A DNA stretch of 64,000 nt from assembly GCA_963793305.1 (NCBI GenBank), contig CAWBZV010000005.1:1344001-1408000 (forward strand), in the 5' to 3' direction. Numbering within the stretch: the stretch's first letter is position 1; the number at the start of each line of letters is the position of its first letter. Below the pieces are notes generated by a model. It worked only from the letters and a program-made list of their open reading frames with translations, ran no database searches and was not told the origin of the DNA. Origin of the DNA: an uncultured Gemmatimonadales bacterium. Its GTDB lineage: Bacteria > Gemmatimonadota > Gemmatimonadetes > Gemmatimonadales > Gemmatimonadaceae. A program made the translations under genes and the position numbers. Shown one piece after another: positions 60,843 to 64,000 of the stretch.

Positions 60843-61249
60843 ATGCGCACGCCAGAGAAAGTCTCGGCTGAACTCAAACGGCTCGAAGATCTCCGTGCCT
60901 TCGAACCGCGGCGTATGATCAGCTGGCAGTACTCTGCCTGAACCTCAGCGGTCGGCTACCGAGTGATGAGCAGCTCAATCTGGCTCAGCAGATTCGGCGA
61001 TCTGCGATATCAATCGCCTCCAACATCGCGGAGGGCTACGCCAGACGCTCGGCGCGCGGCTACGCCCACTATCTCATGGTCGCGCACGGATCGTTGCTCG
61101 AGCTGGACACCCAGCTCGAGATCGCCCTTGGCGCAGGCTACCTCGACAACGAGGACCTCACCGACGTACTGCCCCTCGTCGCTCGGGCTGCTGGGTTGCT
61201 CAGCGATATCGTCCGAGGACTGGGCCCCGACCTCGGGGGCTTGGAATAG
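60843..61249 (+). pseudogene. Four-helix-bundle protein (23S rRNA IVP-like family), frameshifted near 60902-60925; absent from the ORF track
   Basis: Manual translation: MRTPEKVSAELKRLEDLRAFE, then in another frame LPSDEQLNLAQQIRRSAISIASNIAEGYARRS..GSLLELDTQLEIA..GYL. Confidence 0.82.
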
Positions 61250-61302
61250 CACCGCGGTCCCGATCACCTCGCCCTCGGGTACCGCCGTGATCGAAGGCCG
61301 CC

Positions 61303-63559
61303 CTATCGCGGGATGATCGTCAACACCGGCCGGATCGACTCCAGCGGCGTGGCGAACAACGATAACTGGTCGGGATCCGCGAACACCGTTGCGAAGTCCT
61401 CGGGACTGAAAGCCCGCGCCAGTCGCTCCGCGTACGTCGTACGCAACAAGCGCACGTAGTACTCGATATCATAGTCACGCGGATCAGCGTCCGGCAGATC
61501 GTCCGACGATAGAGCCTCCGGGCGGCCGGCGAGGCCAGCCTCCCCATTCGGCTTGCGGTACACGCGGACATGATCGCCCTCTCGCCACTGCGTCTGGCCA
61601 GCGGCGCGCAGCGCTTCATAGGGTAGCTCGCGGCGGCGCGCACGCGACCGCTCATAGACCGCGGGCGATTTCGTGAGCCGCACACGCGACGAGACCTCGT
61701 ACGTCGACAGCGCTCGCGCACGGAGCGCGGCGGTCATCCGAAGGTACCGCTCGCGCACACCTGGGACGTCACCCGAGAGCAGGTGCGTGATCGCTGAGCG
61801 AAGAAAAATGTCGCCGAATGGCTCGGAACGGCTCGACCGAAACGCCACGCCTTTCAAGAGGAGCGTGTGATCGTAGCCGAGCAGCGCGTAGTTCTTGGGC
61901 TCGTGCGAGAGCATAGCCGCATACCGGCCCGCGAACTCGAGCTGGACGAGGCGTGGCAGGAGGGCCGCCACCTCGGCGACGACTGCGCCGCTCGTCGCTC
62001 TCGCTCCACGACTCGGGGACCGCGAAATACACCCCGTCCGTGTCCGCCTCGATGAGCGTCACACCGCGCGCCTCGAACTCCCGGCACATCTGGTCGAGCA
62101 GCTCGCGACCGCGCCGCGTCACTTCGTTGGCCGCGTGCACGTCCGAGAATCGCGTGAGTCCACCCGCGGCCATATACCCGTAGGCGGCGTTGACCACGAT
62201 CTTGAGCGCGGCCGACGTCCCCGCCTGTCCACTGGCTTTGGCCTCGAGTCGCAACTCGGTCATTCGATCGACGATCGCGAGGAGCGCGCCCAGACGATCC
62301 CGCGCTGGCCCGATACGATAGGCACGCATGAGCGAGGGATAGAGGCTCGCGACGTCGGCCTTCACGATCCGATGCGCGACACCGGCGGCAAAGAGGTGCA
62401 GTGCGGCGCCGCTATGTGGCGTGTCCGTGCGGTTCTCGTGAACGGGCAGGGCTTGACCAGCGCGAAGGTACGCGCGGACCAGCAGCGGATCGATGACGCC
62501 GGTCGCTGGCCCGGCGTCGGCGAGGCGCTCGTACCGGCGCGGCGCCATCTTCGCCAGTGCGTAGGCCGCGCCGCCGAGCAGGCGGGAGATGGCGGCGACT
62601 TCCTCGACGTCGTGCGTGGCGTATCGGCGCACGCGCTCCGGATCGACGAGGTACGTCCGATAGATCTCGCTGCCGCCCACGTACTCGCGATCGGCGCGCG
62701 CGACGCCGAAGTGACGCGCGACCGCCTTGAGACCATGCCCAGGCAACTCGCGGGTCGAGAAGTCGTACCGCCACACCGCGTCGAGCGTATCGATCAGCTC
62801 TCGACCCGGCGCGACGAAGCGCAGGCGCCCGCGGGATGAGGCGCTGCGCGCGAGGAGTCCGCGCCCGGTTCGACCCAGCGGCAGCGGAACGCCGAGGATG
62901 CGGGCGCGGCGGGAGAGAAAAGGGAGATCGAAGCCATGCAGGTTGTGGTTCTCGATCACGTCGGGATCCGCCGCATGGACCCGGGCCACGAGCTGCCGGA
63001 TCAGATCGGCCTCCCCCGGACCATCCAGTACGTCGATGGCGCCCGTATGATCGCGAATCGAGACCATGAAGATCCGGTCATGGTGGGCGTTGAGGCCGGT
63101 CGTCTCGAGGTCGAACTGGAGGCGGTGAATTTGATCGAACGCCAGCTCGCGAAAGTACGTTCGTCCCGTCTGCACCAGATACTGCTCGTCGGCCGGCAGC
63201 GCGAGCATCGTGCCCGGTTCGAGCTCGGCGAGCTCGCTCGGCTTGCTCACGGGTGTGCCCAATCGCTCGGACGCGGCGCGCAATATCGTATCGATCAGTC
63301 TTCGGCCATCGTTGGCGCTCACCATGTAGCGCAGCGCCCCGGGCCCATCGAGCTCGCGGTAATCGGCCCACGTCGCGTCTCGGAGATCGTCGAGATGCGC
63401 GAGGAGAATCCAGGGTCGAAAGCGCTCCGTCTCGACGACCAGCGTGTCCGTTGCCGCGTCCCGCCGCCAGACGAGTGCTTTGCCGCTCAGGCTGGCATGT
63501 ACCGACACGATGCCGGGCGTGGAGTCCCAGCCCCACACCCACTCATCGGCTGAACGCAA
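61303..63559 (-). pseudogene. Family B DNA polymerase with 3'-5' exonuclease domain, +1 frameshift at about 61984-61987
   Basis: FDLETTG, HN..GFDLPFL, YATHDV, DVASLYPS, KIVVNAAYG, ADTDG, KNYAL..KGV; one-base deletion gives DERRVVAEVAALLP. Confidence 0.88.
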
Positions 63560-64000
63560 TGTCGGCTGCTTTCACCACGCGGGAAATCCTCGGCATGATC
63601 TTCTCCACCGAGAAGGCGTGCATCTCGGTCGTGGTAGCCGCCATAACGTCCTCGGCGATGACGATGGCGTACCCACGCTCCCATCCCTGCCGCGCGGTCG
63701 ACTCGACGCCGAAGTTCGTGGCAATGCCGCCGAGCACGATCGTGGTAATGCCGCGGCGGCGCAGTTGGTCGTCGAGGTCCGTGCCGTGGAACGCGCCCCA
63801 TTGGTGCTTGGTGATGCGAATATCCGGGGCATGAGCGAGGCCGTCGACGAGCTCGGTCCAGCCCGCGGGGAGCGCGGAGAGGGGGCGAGGCTGGTCGACG
63901 GGCTGACGAAGCGCGTCGCCGAAATCAGCGGCGTACGCGACGTTGACCAGGACCACTGGCGCCCGGGCGGCTCTGAACCGGGCGGCGAGGGCGGTCGCCG
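63543..64000 (-). CDS. Isochorismatase-family hydrolase (YecD-like), 5' end outside the window
   Basis: ARFRAARAPVVLV, TKHQWGAF.GTDLD..LRRRGI, GIATNFGVESTAR. Confidence 0.9.
   Translation of the reverse strand, partial: ATALAARFRAARAPVVLVNVAYAADFGDALRQPVDQPRPLSALPAGWTELVDGLAHAPDIRITKHQWGAFHGTDLDDQLRRRGITTIVLGGIATNFGVESTARQGWERGYAIVIAEDVMAATTTEMHAFSVEKIMPRISRVVKAADIAFSR

Noticed and set aside
60843..63559. Diversity-generating retroelement, casposon or prophage suggested by the four-helix bundle plus polymerase
   Set aside because: No reverse transcriptase, TR/VR pair, Cas1, integrase, terminal repeats or virion genes seen

Overview
GC-rich bacterial chromosome segment, most likely Gemmatimonadota (inferred from gene content and order, not verified). 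About three quarters is core housekeeping: a DAP/lysine operon (dapE-like, asd, lysC, dapB, dapA, dapD) running into aroA-cmk-rpsA; a biotin carboxylase cluster; rplM-rpsI-rpsB-tsf-pyrH-frr-cdsA-dxr-rseP; rpsO-pnp; and mreBCD-mrdA-rodA-accD-folC-hisS-proS-lysA-guaA. Accessory blocks lie at ~14.7-29.9 kb (membrane hypotheticals, DinB, TonB receptor with LytS/LytTR, VapBC, CHASE3 kinase, Tat-exported PLP enzyme, C39-like peptidase, hydrolases, serpin) and ~60-64 kb (membrane pair, four-helix-bundle gene, family B DNA polymerase, isochorismatase). I found no rRNA, tRNA, CRISPR, transposase or integrase. The most notable unannotated signals are: (1) two similar two-gene membrane cassettes 45 kb apart that share an 18/19-identical direct-repeat promoter motif; (2) two copies of a three-hairpin intergenic element with different stems but a conserved linker; (3) a LytTR-type box upstream of the TonB receptor-LytS-LytTR operon; (4) an archaeal-like geranylgeranyl reductase-ferredoxin pair. 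Five apparent frameshifts and one in-frame TGA (dapA) are most simply sequencing or assembly errors. All family calls come from motif recognition by eye; no searches were run.
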